64,000 nucleotides of DNA from an uncultured Solirubrobacterales bacterium. GTDB lineage: Bacteria > Actinomycetota > Thermoleophilia > Solirubrobacterales > 70-9. Each line of letters starts with the position of its first letter. The stretch's first letter is position 1. The translations under genes were made by a program, and so were the position numbers. This document shows, piece by piece, positions 18,474-26,504 of the stretch. Location: NCBI GenBank assembly GCA_963704515.1, contig OY969913.1, forward strand, positions 1,352,137-1,416,136. The letters run 5' to 3'. A model generated the notes under the pieces. It was given only the letters and a program-made list of their open reading frames with translations. It was not told the DNA's origin and did no database searches.

Positions 18474-18734
18474 ATGGAGCTGATGGCAAGGGACTGGACC
18501 GACGAGCGCCTGGAAGAGCGATTCGACCGGATTGACTGGCAGCACGGTCGGTTTGACGCCGACGTCCGTGAGCTGCGCGCTGATTTCCGCGAGTTGCGTA
18601 CAGAAATGAACGGTCGTTTCGACGCCATGGAACACCGTTTCGATGCGATGCAGCGTCTGATGATTCAAATCGCGGCAGCGACGCTGGCAACATTCCTCGC
18701 GGGCGCCCTCGGGCTTATCGCCACGCATTTCTAG
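18474..18734 (+). CDS. small coiled-coil, C-terminally anchored protein (86 aa)
   Basis: Repetitive RFD/ELR heptad-like segment, then a hydrophobic tail IAAATLATFLAGALGLIA. Confidence 0.5.
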   Translation: MELMARDWTDERLEERFDRIDWQHGRFDADVRELRADFRELRTEMNGRFDAMEHRFDAMQRLMIQIAAATLATFLAGALGLIATHF

Positions 18735-18735
18735 C

Positions 18736-18770
18736 CAGGCTTCCAAGCCTCGCTATACTTTTTGAAGTAA
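18736..18770 (+). promoter_or_regulatory. conserved box copy 1: CAGGCT-N12-TATACTTTTTGAAGTAA
   Basis: Twenty identical nt (cgctatactttttgaagtaa, 18751-18770) are shared with 20304-20323, and CAGGCT sits at the same 12-nt distance. It lies 28 nt before the GTG at 18799. Confidence 0.6.
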
Positions 18771-18798
18771 AAGCCGATCCGGATTTAGGAGATTGTCA

Positions 18799-19965
18799 GT
18801 GGCGAACGGTGCGGAGACGAAGGTGAGGGCTCAGGTCGAGGAGATCGAGCCGTTCGAGGCGGAGCAGGAGATCGAGGGCGGCGACGTCGTCCTGATCGAC
18901 ACGCGTGAGCCGCACGAGTACCAGGAGGCCCACCTCGAGAACGGCAAGCTGGTGCCGCCCGGCCTGCTCGCCGACGAGATCGCCGCCGCCGCGCCCGACA
19001 AGTCGGCGCGCGCGATCGTCTACTGCCGCAGCGGCAACCGCTCCTACACCGCCGCCGCCCAGCTCGAAGCGCTCGGCTACACCGACGTCGCCTCGATGGC
19101 GGGCGGCATCCTCGCCTGGCAGGAGCAGGGGCTGCCGGTCGTCTCGGCCAGCGGCATGACCGCCGAGCAGCGCGACCGCTACTCGCGCCACACCCTGCTG
19201 CCCGAGGTCGGCGTCGACGGCCAGCTGAAGATGCTGAATGCCAAGGTGCTGCTGCTCGGCGCCGGCGGCCTCGGCGCGCCGACCGCGCTCTACCTGGCGG
19301 CCGCCGGGATCGGCACGATCGGGCTGGTCGACGACGACGTGGTCGACGCCTCCAACCTGCAGCGCCAGGTGATCCACAACACCGAGCGGATCGGTACGCC
19401 GAAGACCGAGTCGGCGCGGCTGACGATCGAGGCGCTCAACCCCGACGTCAAGGTGATCGAGCACCGCACGCGGCTCAACGCCGGGAACATCCTCGAGATC
19501 ATCGAGCCCTACGACGTGATCGTCGACGGGGCCGACAACTTCCCCACGCGCTACCTGCTCAACGACGCCTCGGTGCGGCTCCGCAAGCCGGTCGTCTCGG
19601 CCTCGATCCTCAGCTTCGACGGCCAGATCTCGACCTTCGTCCCCTACGAGGGGCCCTGCTACCGCTGCCTCTACCCGACGCCGCCGCCAGCCGAGCTGGC
19701 GCCGAGCTGCTCCGCCAACGGCGTGCTCGGCGTGATGGCCGGGACGATGGGCACCCTGCAGGCCAACGAGGTGCTGAAGCTGGTGATCGGAATCGGCGAG
19801 CCGCTGATCGGTCGCCTGCTCCTCTACGAGGCGCTCGGCACCCGCTTCACCGAGCTGAAGGTGCGCCGCGACCCGGAGTGCCCGATCTGTGGCGAGCACG
19901 CCGCCGAGGTCCCGGAGTCGGAGATGGGCCAGTTCCCCGACTACGACGCCTTCTGCGCCGGGTAG
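18799..19965 (+). CDS. sulfur-carrier-activating E1-like enzyme: N-terminal rhodanese plus ThiF/MoeB adenylyltransferase domain
   Basis: Rhodanese segment with YCRSGNRS. ThiF segment RYSRHTLLPEVG...LLLGAGGLGAP...DDDVVDASNLQRQ. Zn ligands CYRC...CPIC. AGGAG sits 7 nt before the GTG at 18799; the track start is 18793. Confidence 0.85.
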   Translation: MANGAETKVRAQVEEIEPFEAEQEIEGGDVVLIDTREPHEYQEAHLENGKLVPPGLLADEIAAAAPDKSARAIVYCRSGNRSYTAAAQLEALGYTDVASMAGGILAWQEQGLPVVSASGMTAEQRDRYSRHTLLPEVGVDGQLKMLNAKVLLLGAGGLGAPTALYLAAAGIGTIGLVDDDVVDASNLQRQVIHNTERIGTPKTESARLTIEALNPDVKVIEHRTRLNAGNILEIIEPYDVIVDGADNFPTRYLLNDASVRLRKPVVSASILSFDGQISTFVPYEGPCYRCLYPTPPPAELAPSCSANGVLGVMAGTMGTLQANEVLKLVIGIGEPLIGRLLLYEALGTRFTELKVRRDPECPICGEHAAEVPESEMGQFPDYDAFCAG

Positions 19966-19993
19966 CTCCCGACTCGACTAGGATCGCGCCCTG

Positions 19994-20266
19994 ATGGCGA
20001 CCGTCCGCATACCCCCGGTGCTGCGCCAGCAGACCGGCGGCCAGCCCGAAGTCGAGCTCTCCGGCGGCGACGTCGGTGAGGTCCTGCGCGCCCTCACCGC
20101 CGAGTACCCCGACACCGAGGCGCAGCTCTTCGGCGAGGACGGCGAGCTCAACCGCTACGTCAACGTCTACCTCAACGACGAAGACGTCCGGGTGTTGGAC
20201 GGGCTGGGCACAGCGGTAGCGGAGGGCGACACGGTCGTCATCCTGCCCGCCATGGCCGGCGGTTGA
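19994..20266 (+). CDS. cysO: MoaD/ThiS-family sulfur carrier protein (CysO-like), C-terminal GG
   Basis: 90 aa ending ...GDTVVILPAMAGG. Located between the E1-like gene and cysM. Confidence 0.8.
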   Translation: MATVRIPPVLRQQTGGQPEVELSGGDVGEVLRALTAEYPDTEAQLFGEDGELNRYVNVYLNDEDVRVLDGLGTAVAEGDTVVILPAMAGG

Positions 20267-20288
20267 AACTCCCTTTGTAAAAGGCCCA

Positions 20289-20323
20289 CAGGCTGGAGCC
20301 CAACGCTATACTTTTTGAAGTAA
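20289..20323 (+). promoter_or_regulatory. conserved box copy 2: CAGGCT-N12-TATACTTTTTGAAGTAA
   Basis: See copy 1. It ends 10 nt before the cysM ATG (20334). Confidence 0.6.
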
Positions 20324-20333
20324 CGGGAGAGCG

Positions 20334-21299
20334 ATGGCCTACGACGATCTACTCAATCGACCCTGCGGCGGGCGCTTCGGCAACGTCGTCGAGTCGATCG
20401 GCCACACGCCGCTGGTCGAGCTGCCGCGGCTGACGCCCAACCCCGACGTCCGCATCTACGCCAAGCTCGAGGGCCGCAACCCGACCGGCTCGGTCAAGGA
20501 CCGGGTCGCCAAGTCGATGATCGAGGCGGCCGAGGCCGAGGGCCTGATCCAGCCGGGCCAGACGATCCTCGAGCCGACCTCCGGCAACACCGGCATCTCG
20601 CTGGCGATGATCTGCCGCCGCAAGGGCTACCCGTTGAAGGTGGTGATGCCCGACAACGTGACCAAGGAGCGCACCCAGCTGCTCGAGATGTACGGCGCGG
20701 AGATCGTCTACTCGGAGGGCGCCAAGGGCTCCAACGGCGCGGTCGAGGTGGCGCTCGAGATGGCGCAGGACCCCGGCTACTACATGCCCTACCAGTACGG
20801 CAACGAGGCCAACCCGCGCGCCCACTACGAGGGCACCGCGGTCGAGATCCTCGAAGAGCTGGACACGGTGACCGCCTTCGTCGCCGGGCTCGGCACCGGC
20901 GGCACGCTGATGGGCAACGGCCGGCGCCTCAAGGAGGAGAACCCCGAGACGCTGCTGGTCGCGGCTGAGCCGATGCAGGGCGAGATGGTCCACGGCCTGC
21001 GCTCGCTCGACGACGGCTTCATCCCGCCGATCATCGACATCACCCTGCTCGACCGCAAGATCATGGTCTCCAACCGAGACGCGGTCGTCTGGACCCGCAA
21101 GCTGCTCGACGAGGAGGGGATCTTCGCCGGCGTCTCCTCCGGCGCGATCGCCCGCATCGCCAACCGCATCGCCGGCGAGCTCGACGGCGGCAACGTCGTC
21201 TTTCTGATCCCAGACGACGGCTGGAAGTACCTCTCCTCCGGCGTCTACACCAAGCCGATCGAGGAGATCGAGAACCTCGATTCGACGGTTTGGTGGTAA
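20334..21299 (+). CDS. cysM: PLP-dependent cysteine synthase (CysM/CysK family)
   Basis: NPTGSVKDRVA (PLP Lys) and SGNTGISLA. Its context next to cysO and mec suggests the CysO-thiocarboxylate-dependent type (inference). Confidence 0.85.
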   Translation: MAYDDLLNRPCGGRFGNVVESIGHTPLVELPRLTPNPDVRIYAKLEGRNPTGSVKDRVAKSMIEAAEAEGLIQPGQTILEPTSGNTGISLAMICRRKGYPLKVVMPDNVTKERTQLLEMYGAEIVYSEGAKGSNGAVEVALEMAQDPGYYMPYQYGNEANPRAHYEGTAVEILEELDTVTAFVAGLGTGGTLMGNGRRLKEENPETLLVAAEPMQGEMVHGLRSLDDGFIPPIIDITLLDRKIMVSNRDAVVWTRKLLDEEGIFAGVSSGAIARIANRIAGELDGGNVVFLIPDDGWKYLSSGVYTKPIEEIENLDSTVWW

Positions 21300-22774
21300 G
21301 CGCTCGGGAGCACGCGCGGTTGGGCTTGGTCCTCGGCTTGTCATTCAGCTTCGCGTTGCTTGCGGCCGGCGCCGCCTCGGGCGCGGCGGCGCCGGCGGAC
21401 CTCGATCGCTCGTTCGGCCACCACGGCGTCGCCCTGGTGGAAGGGCCGGCCGGCTCCCAGTTCCACACCCAGGCACCGGCGAAGATGGCGCTGGGCCCGG
21501 GCGGAGAGATCTTCGTCCTCTACGCGAATCAGGCGCCCTGCTCGGGGTTCAGCGGCTGCTCGATCGAATGGTCAGTGGCGCGGTTCAGCGCCGAGGGCGT
21601 TCGGGACGCCGGCTTCGGCAGCGGCCCGGGCTCGACGCTGACGGTTCGCGGCAACGAATACGAGCCGGCCGACCTGGCGGTCGGGCCGGACGGCAAGCCG
21701 GTGGTGGCGGCCCTCGATCAGAACCGGGTTGTGGTGGCTCGCTTCGACCAGGCAGGTCACCTGGAAGCGATGCTCGGCTCGAACGACGGCAATCCGCCCT
21801 TCGGCGACGCATACGAGCCGCCGGTGCTCGCCGTACAGGAAGACGGCAAGGTCCTGGTCGGGGTCGGTAACCCCGAAGTGCTGCGCGTCGTCCGCTACCT
21901 GCCGAACGGAGAACGCGACCCCGAGTTCGGCAGTGGCGGCGAAGCGACGCTGGCGCTGGAAACGCGGAACCGACCGGCCGGGCTGATGCTTGGCGCCAAC
22001 GGGACGATCTCGGTCGCCGCGCCGCAATGCTGCGGCGGCTCGCCGCCCTACGGCGAAGGGTTCGCCCTCGCCAGGTTCCTGGCAAACGGTCAACCCGATC
22101 CGGCGCTGGCGAGACGCGGGCAGATCCTGTTTCCCACGGCGAACGCGAGGGGCAACGTCAACGCCGCGACCCTCGCTCCCGACGGCGGCGTTTACATCGC
22201 CTTCGAAGTGAGCACCGAAACGACGAGCACGATCGGGCTCGTGGTCAAGCTGCGGCCCGACGGCAGCATCGACACCGGCTTCGGCAAGAACGGCTACAGC
22301 CGCTTCCCGATCTCGGTCAAGGCACTCGCCGTCGACGGCAGTGGACGGCTCATCGCCGGTGGCTGGATCGGTGGCGCCGCGGTCGCCCGCATGCGCCCGG
22401 GCGGCGGGCTCGACCGGACCTTCGCCGCCGGCACGGAGGCGAAGCTGGCGGCAAGCGGTCCCGCCACCGCGGTCGGCCTGCAGGGCAAGGGCCGGATCGT
22501 CGCCCTGACCGAACCGTGCTGCGGGACGACGAAATCGTTTTCCCTCTTCCGGTTGATCGGCGGCACCACGCACGCCCGCTGCCTCGGCCACAAGGCGACG
22601 ATCGTCGGCACCGCCAAACGCGACGAAATCGAAGGCACCCCGCACCGCGACGTGATCGCGGCCCTCGGCGGCGCCGACAAAGTGCGCGCCCTCGGCGGGC
22701 CGGACATCATCTGCGGCGGCAAGGGCAAAGACGAACTCTTCGGCGGCCCCGGACGCGACACGGTGCGGCCCTGA
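21290..22774 (+). CDS. secreted delta-60-type repeat protein with C-terminal RTX-like Gly/Asp repeats
   Basis: Signal peptide. Recurring units of the form VARF..AG, VVRYLPNGERDPEFGSGG, LARFLANGQPDP, VKLRPDGSIDTGFGKNG, ARMRPGGGLDRTF. The tail is GGADKVRALGGPDIICGGKGKDELFGGPGRD. Confidence 0.7.
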   Translation: MVVSAREHARLGLVLGLSFSFALLAAGAASGAAAPADLDRSFGHHGVALVEGPAGSQFHTQAPAKMALGPGGEIFVLYANQAPCSGFSGCSIEWSVARFSAEGVRDAGFGSGPGSTLTVRGNEYEPADLAVGPDGKPVVAALDQNRVVVARFDQAGHLEAMLGSNDGNPPFGDAYEPPVLAVQEDGKVLVGVGNPEVLRVVRYLPNGERDPEFGSGGEATLALETRNRPAGLMLGANGTISVAAPQCCGGSPPYGEGFALARFLANGQPDPALARRGQILFPTANARGNVNAATLAPDGGVYIAFEVSTETTSTIGLVVKLRPDGSIDTGFGKNGYSRFPISVKALAVDGSGRLIAGGWIGGAAVARMRPGGGLDRTFAAGTEAKLAASGPATAVGLQGKGRIVALTEPCCGTTKSFSLFRLIGGTTHARCLGHKATIVGTAKRDEIEGTPHRDVIAALGGADKVRALGGPDIICGGKGKDELFGGPGRDTVRP

Positions 22775-22801
22775 CGGCCGTCCGCTAGCCTCGCTCGGCC
22801 G

Positions 22802-23200
22802 ATGCGGATCTCCCAGGACCTGATCGACGAGATGATCGTCCACGCACGCGCGGACCTGCCCAACGAGTGCTGTGGGATGGTCGGCGGCACCGGCGACGAG
22901 GCGAGCGCGGTGATCCCGGTGAAGAACGCGGCCGCCAGCCCACTGCGCTTCGAGATGGACCCGCAGGAGCAGTACAACGCGCTGAAGGCGATCGAAGACC
23001 AGGGCGGGGAGATGCTGGCGATCTACCACTCGCATACGAAGAGCGCCGCCTATCCGTCGCAGACCGACGTCAACCAGGCGGTCAACTGGCCCGACGCGAT
23101 CTACGTGATCGTCTCGCTCGAGGACGAGGACAATCCAAACGTGAAGGCCTACTGGCTCAAGGACCTGAAGATCGCCGATGCCGAGCTCGTCGTCGAGTAG
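22802..23200 (+). CDS. mec: JAMM/MPN+ metalloprotease (Mec-like CysO-cysteine hydrolase)
   Basis: NECCGMVGG and the YHSHTKSAAYPSQTD (HxH-x7-S-x2-D) JAMM motif. Confidence 0.85.
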   Translation: MRISQDLIDEMIVHARADLPNECCGMVGGTGDEASAVIPVKNAAASPLRFEMDPQEQYNALKAIEDQGGEMLAIYHSHTKSAAYPSQTDVNQAVNWPDAIYVIVSLEDEDNPNVKAYWLKDLKIADAELVVE

Positions 23201-23411
23201 CGGGCGCCTGGTCAAGGTCGCCTACGCGCTGAACCAGATGGAGGCCGAGATGATCCAGGGCCTGCTCGGCGAGCACGGCATCCCGAGCATGGCGCAGCGG
23301 ACCGTCGACAACCCGGAGTTCCTCGCCGCCGGGCCGCGCCAGATTCTCGTCCCCGAGGCCGCCGCCGAGGCCGCGCGCGAAGTGCTTGAGGGCGGGCCGG
23401 GCTCGGACTAG
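23178..23411 (+). CDS. small DUF2007-like protein
   Basis: VKVAYALNQMEAEMIQGLLGEHGIPS pattern. The start is uncertain; it overlaps mec by 23 nt. Confidence 0.5.
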   Translation: MPSSSSSSGRLVKVAYALNQMEAEMIQGLLGEHGIPSMAQRTVDNPEFLAAGPRQILVPEAAAEAAREVLEGGPGSD

Positions 23412-24163
23412 TCCGAGCCCGGCCGGTTGATCTCGCGCAGGTAGTCGCGCCAGGCGTCCTCGATCTCGCCGAACCGCGCCTCGAAGGCCGCTTCCAGAGT
23501 CGGCGTCGCGCCGCCCGGACGCAGCTCCAGGGCGAGGCGCTCGCAGGCGTCGGGGCCGCGCTCCAGCTCGAGCAGGTCGAAGATCGTGCCGCCGAGGATC
23601 ACCGCGTCGCGGCGCGAGGGCGGGAAGGAGGGGCGGGCGCTCTCGCGCAGCCGGCGGAGCACCGCGGCGCGGTAGAGGCCGACCTGCCGGGCGAAGTACT
23701 GGGCGCCGCCTTCGACCAGCCAGGCCCAGCGCAGGTAGCGGGCGAAGCGGCGCGGCGTCCAGGAGGGCGGCAGGGCCGGGTTGTTGGTGGCGACCACCAG
23801 CTGCGCGTAGAGCCGCTCTGCCGTGCCGCGCAGCGCCTCGCGCGAGTCGTCGCCGGCGGCGCGGCGCTCCATGTGGGCGTCGTTGAGCACGTGCAACTCG
23901 CTCGACATCGCCCAGCCGGCGAGGTAACGGCGCCCGGCCGGCGCCGCCGACCAGCGGGCCGCCGGCAGGAAGGGGTGGGCGAGCGCCAGCCAGGCGGGGT
24001 TGGTGTGGATGACAACGGTGATCTCGCCCGGCACCGACTCGAAGCGGTCCTCGAGCCGCAGCCGCAGTTCCTCCATCCGGTCCAGCGTCCGCTCCGCGAA
24101 GGCGGAGTCGCCGCTGTCGTGGCGCGCGGTGAAGCTCAGAGATTCGGTCTCAACCCAGGGCAA
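23408..24163 (-). CDS. hypothetical protein (251 aa)
   Basis: ORF-track ORF with normal amino-acid composition. No motif recognised. Confidence 0.55.
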   Translation of the reverse strand: MPWVETESLSFTARHDSGDSAFAERTLDRMEELRLRLEDRFESVPGEITVVIHTNPAWLALAHPFLPAARWSAAPAGRRYLAGWAMSSELHVLNDAHMERRAAGDDSREALRGTAERLYAQLVVATNNPALPPSWTPRRFARYLRWAWLVEGGAQYFARQVGLYRAAVLRRLRESARPSFPPSRRDAVILGGTIFDLLELERGPDACERLALELRPGGATPTLEAAFEARFGEIEDAWRDYLREINRPGSD

Positions 24164-24184
24164 CGGGCCGAGCCTACAACCAGG

Positions 24185-24814
24185 TCAGACCAGGACGGGC
24201 TCGGCGGCGCCGCAGACCTCGAGGATCTCGCCGCGGGCGCGCTCGAACTCTTCGTCGGCCATCACCGGCGTGCCCTCGAAGGGCAGTTCGCGGTCGACCT
24301 CGACCCAGGAGCGGCAGCCGTGGTACTCCTCGCGGACTTTGACGGTCACCGGGCGCGGGATGCGGTGCACCCGGAGCAGCAGCACGTGCAGCGGGTGCCG
24401 TCGCTTCCAGTTGAGCCGCTTCTCGGCGTAGTCCGGCGTCCAGACGTAGTAGGGGGAGAGGCCGTCGATCACCCGCGGGTCGGTGACCGTGATGTGGTCG
24501 GTGACCTCAGCCCAGGCGCGCAGCCGCACCCGCTCGGGCTGGGCGATGCCGCCGTCCTGCAGCAGCGCGCGCGCCGGCGGTTCCTCGTCCGGCCAGACGC
24601 CCTCCTCGAGCGCCCGCCCCAGCTCAGGGTGGTGGGACTCGCGGACCAGGTTGTTGCGCTGATGGTCGAAGGTCGGGTAGAGGAAGAAACGCTCGTGATC
24701 GAGCTCGAAGTGCTTGTTCTCCTCGCGAATTCCGCCCTTGCGAAGCGTGAGCAGTTGCTCGCCCTCGGCGAGCGCGCGGACCGTTACGGCCCATTCCTTG
24801 AAAGCGATCGGCAT
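24185..24814 (-). CDS. DUF1802-family protein
   Basis: IAFKEWAVTVRALAEGEQLLTLRKGGIREENKHFELDHERFFLYPTFDHQ matches my recollection of the DUF1802 N-terminal signature. Confidence 0.65.
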   Translation of the reverse strand: MPIAFKEWAVTVRALAEGEQLLTLRKGGIREENKHFELDHERFFLYPTFDHQRNNLVRESHHPELGRALEEGVWPDEEPPARALLQDGGIAQPERVRLRAWAEVTDHITVTDPRVIDGLSPYYVWTPDYAEKRLNWKRRHPLHVLLLRVHRIPRPVTVKVREEYHGCRSWVEVDRELPFEGTPVMADEEFERARGEILEVCGAAEPVLV

Positions 24815-24953
24815 TTGAAGTCGTACCTAGAGATAGGAGTTTGAGAACAGTGACTGGGAAGGGAAACCTCGAACCCCATTCCAGGATGAGAAGGCCCGCC
24901 CGAATTCGGCATTCTAGACCAGGTTGGCTGGATCGCCAAATAAGTGACGAAGA

Positions 24954-26504
24954 TCACTGAATTCCGAAGCCGCTGCCTCCGGGAGTTTCGACCCGGATCG
25001 TGTCCCCGGGCGCCAGCTCGCCCTCGGCCTTTCCGGGCAGCGGCTCGCCGCCCAGCAGGTCGCGGCCGGGCGCTCCGTCCTCGCCTCCGTCGCGGCCGCG
25101 CGGCGGGTGGCGGCGGCGCTCGGCGATCAGCGAGAAGCGCATCGGGGCGAGCGCTTCGAGCTCGCGCACGATCCCCTCGCCGCCGGCGTGGCGGCCGGCG
25201 CCGCCGCTGCCGCGGCGCACCGAGAGCTCGCGCACTCGCAGCGGGAACTCGCTCTCCAGCGCCTCGACCGGAGTGTTGAGCGTGTTGGACATGGCGACGT
25301 GGATCGCGCTCGGGCCGTCGGCGTCGGGGCAGGCGCCCTGGCCGCCGCCGAGCGTCTCGTAGTAGGTGAAGCCCTCGCCGGCCAGGGTCAGGTTGTTCAT
25401 CGTCCCTTGGCCCTGGGCGGGGACCGGGCGGGCGCCGCCGAGCGCGGCGATCGTCAGGTCGGCGACGCGGCTCGAGGTCTCGACGTTGCCGGCGGCGACC
25501 GCGGCCGGCGGGCGGGCGTTGAGCAGGCAGCCCTCCGGCGCGACGACCTCGATCGGCCGGTAGGCGCCGGCGCAGGGCGGGGCGTCGGGATCGGTGAGCA
25601 CGCGCACCGCGAAGAAGGCGGCGGACTTGGTGACCGAGAGCGGGCAGTTGAGGTTGCCCTCGACCTGCGGGTCGGTGCCGGAGAAGTCGAGCACGATCGC
25701 CTCGCCGCGAATCGTCGCCGCGACGCACACCCTCACGTCCCAGCTGTCCGTTCCGGTGCGCCTTTCCCCCGGCGTGGGTGGCAAAGGCGCACCGGAGCGG
25801 GCGTTGGCGGCCTCGAGGAAGTCCTCGGCGGTGTAGGTGCCGTCGGGCAGGGCGGCGAGCGCGGCGCGGGTGCGGCGCTCGGCGTAGGCGAGGATCTCGT
25901 CCATCCCGGCGCGCAGGCCGGCGGCGCCGTGGCGCTCGGCGAGCTCGGCGAGGCGCAGGGCGCCGATCCGGTTGGCCGCCGTCTGGGCGCGCAGGTCGGC
26001 GAGGCGCTGGTGCGGGAAGCGCATGCGCGAGGCGAGCTCGGCGAGGACGTCGGGGTCGGCGCGCGTCGGCGGGATCACGACGCCCTCTTCGTCAAGGTTG
26101 CGCGAACCGGCGGGCATGCTGCCCGGGGTCGGGCCGCCGACGTCGGCGTGATGGGCCCGGCAGGCGGCGAAGCCGATCGGATCGCCGTCGACGAAGACCG
26201 GCGAGATCAGGGTGATGTCCGGCAGGTGGGTGCCGCCGCGGTAGGGGTCGTTGAGGATCCACGAGTCGCCCGGCCGCTGCTCCTCGCCGAGCACGGCGGC
26301 GACCGCGTCGGGCATCGAGCCGAGGTGGACGGGGATGTGCTCGGCCTGCATCACCAGCTCGCCGCGCGCGTCGAAGATCGCGGTCGAGCAGTCGTGGCGC
26401 TCCTTGATGTTGGCCGAGTAGGCGGAGCGGATCAGCGCCGCGCCCATCTCGTCGCAGGCGGCGCGCAGGCCGCCGATCGTCACCTGAAGCGTTACCGGGT
26501 CCAC
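24954..26504 (-). CDS. hyuB: hydantoinase B / oxoprolinase family protein
   Basis: MDPVTLQVTIGGLRAACDEMGAALIRSAYSANIKERHDCSTAIFD. Confidence 0.85.
   Translation of the reverse strand: MDPVTLQVTIGGLRAACDEMGAALIRSAYSANIKERHDCSTAIFDARGELVMQAEHIPVHLGSMPDAVAAVLGEEQRPGDSWILNDPYRGGTHLPDITLISPVFVDGDPIGFAACRAHHADVGGPTPGSMPAGSRNLDEEGVVIPPTRADPDVLAELASRMRFPHQRLADLRAQTAANRIGALRLAELAERHGAAGLRAGMDEILAYAERRTRAALAALPDGTYTAEDFLEAANARSGAPLPPTPGERRTGTDSWDVRVCVAATIRGEAIVLDFSGTDPQVEGNLNCPLSVTKSAAFFAVRVLTDPDAPPCAGAYRPIEVVAPEGCLLNARPPAAVAAGNVETSSRVADLTIAALGGARPVPAQGQGTMNNLTLAGEGFTYYETLGGGQGACPDADGPSAIHVAMSNTLNTPVEALESEFPLRVRELSVRRGSGGAGRHAGGEGIVRELEALAPMRFSLIAERRRHPPRGRDGGEDGAPGRDLLGGEPLPGKAEGELAPGDTIRVETPGGSGFGIQ

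Noticed and set aside
17298-18746. 482-aa minus-strand ORF opposite htpX
   Set aside because: It has Arg/Gly/Asp-rich shadow composition, while htpX on the plus strand has HExxH and TM segments.
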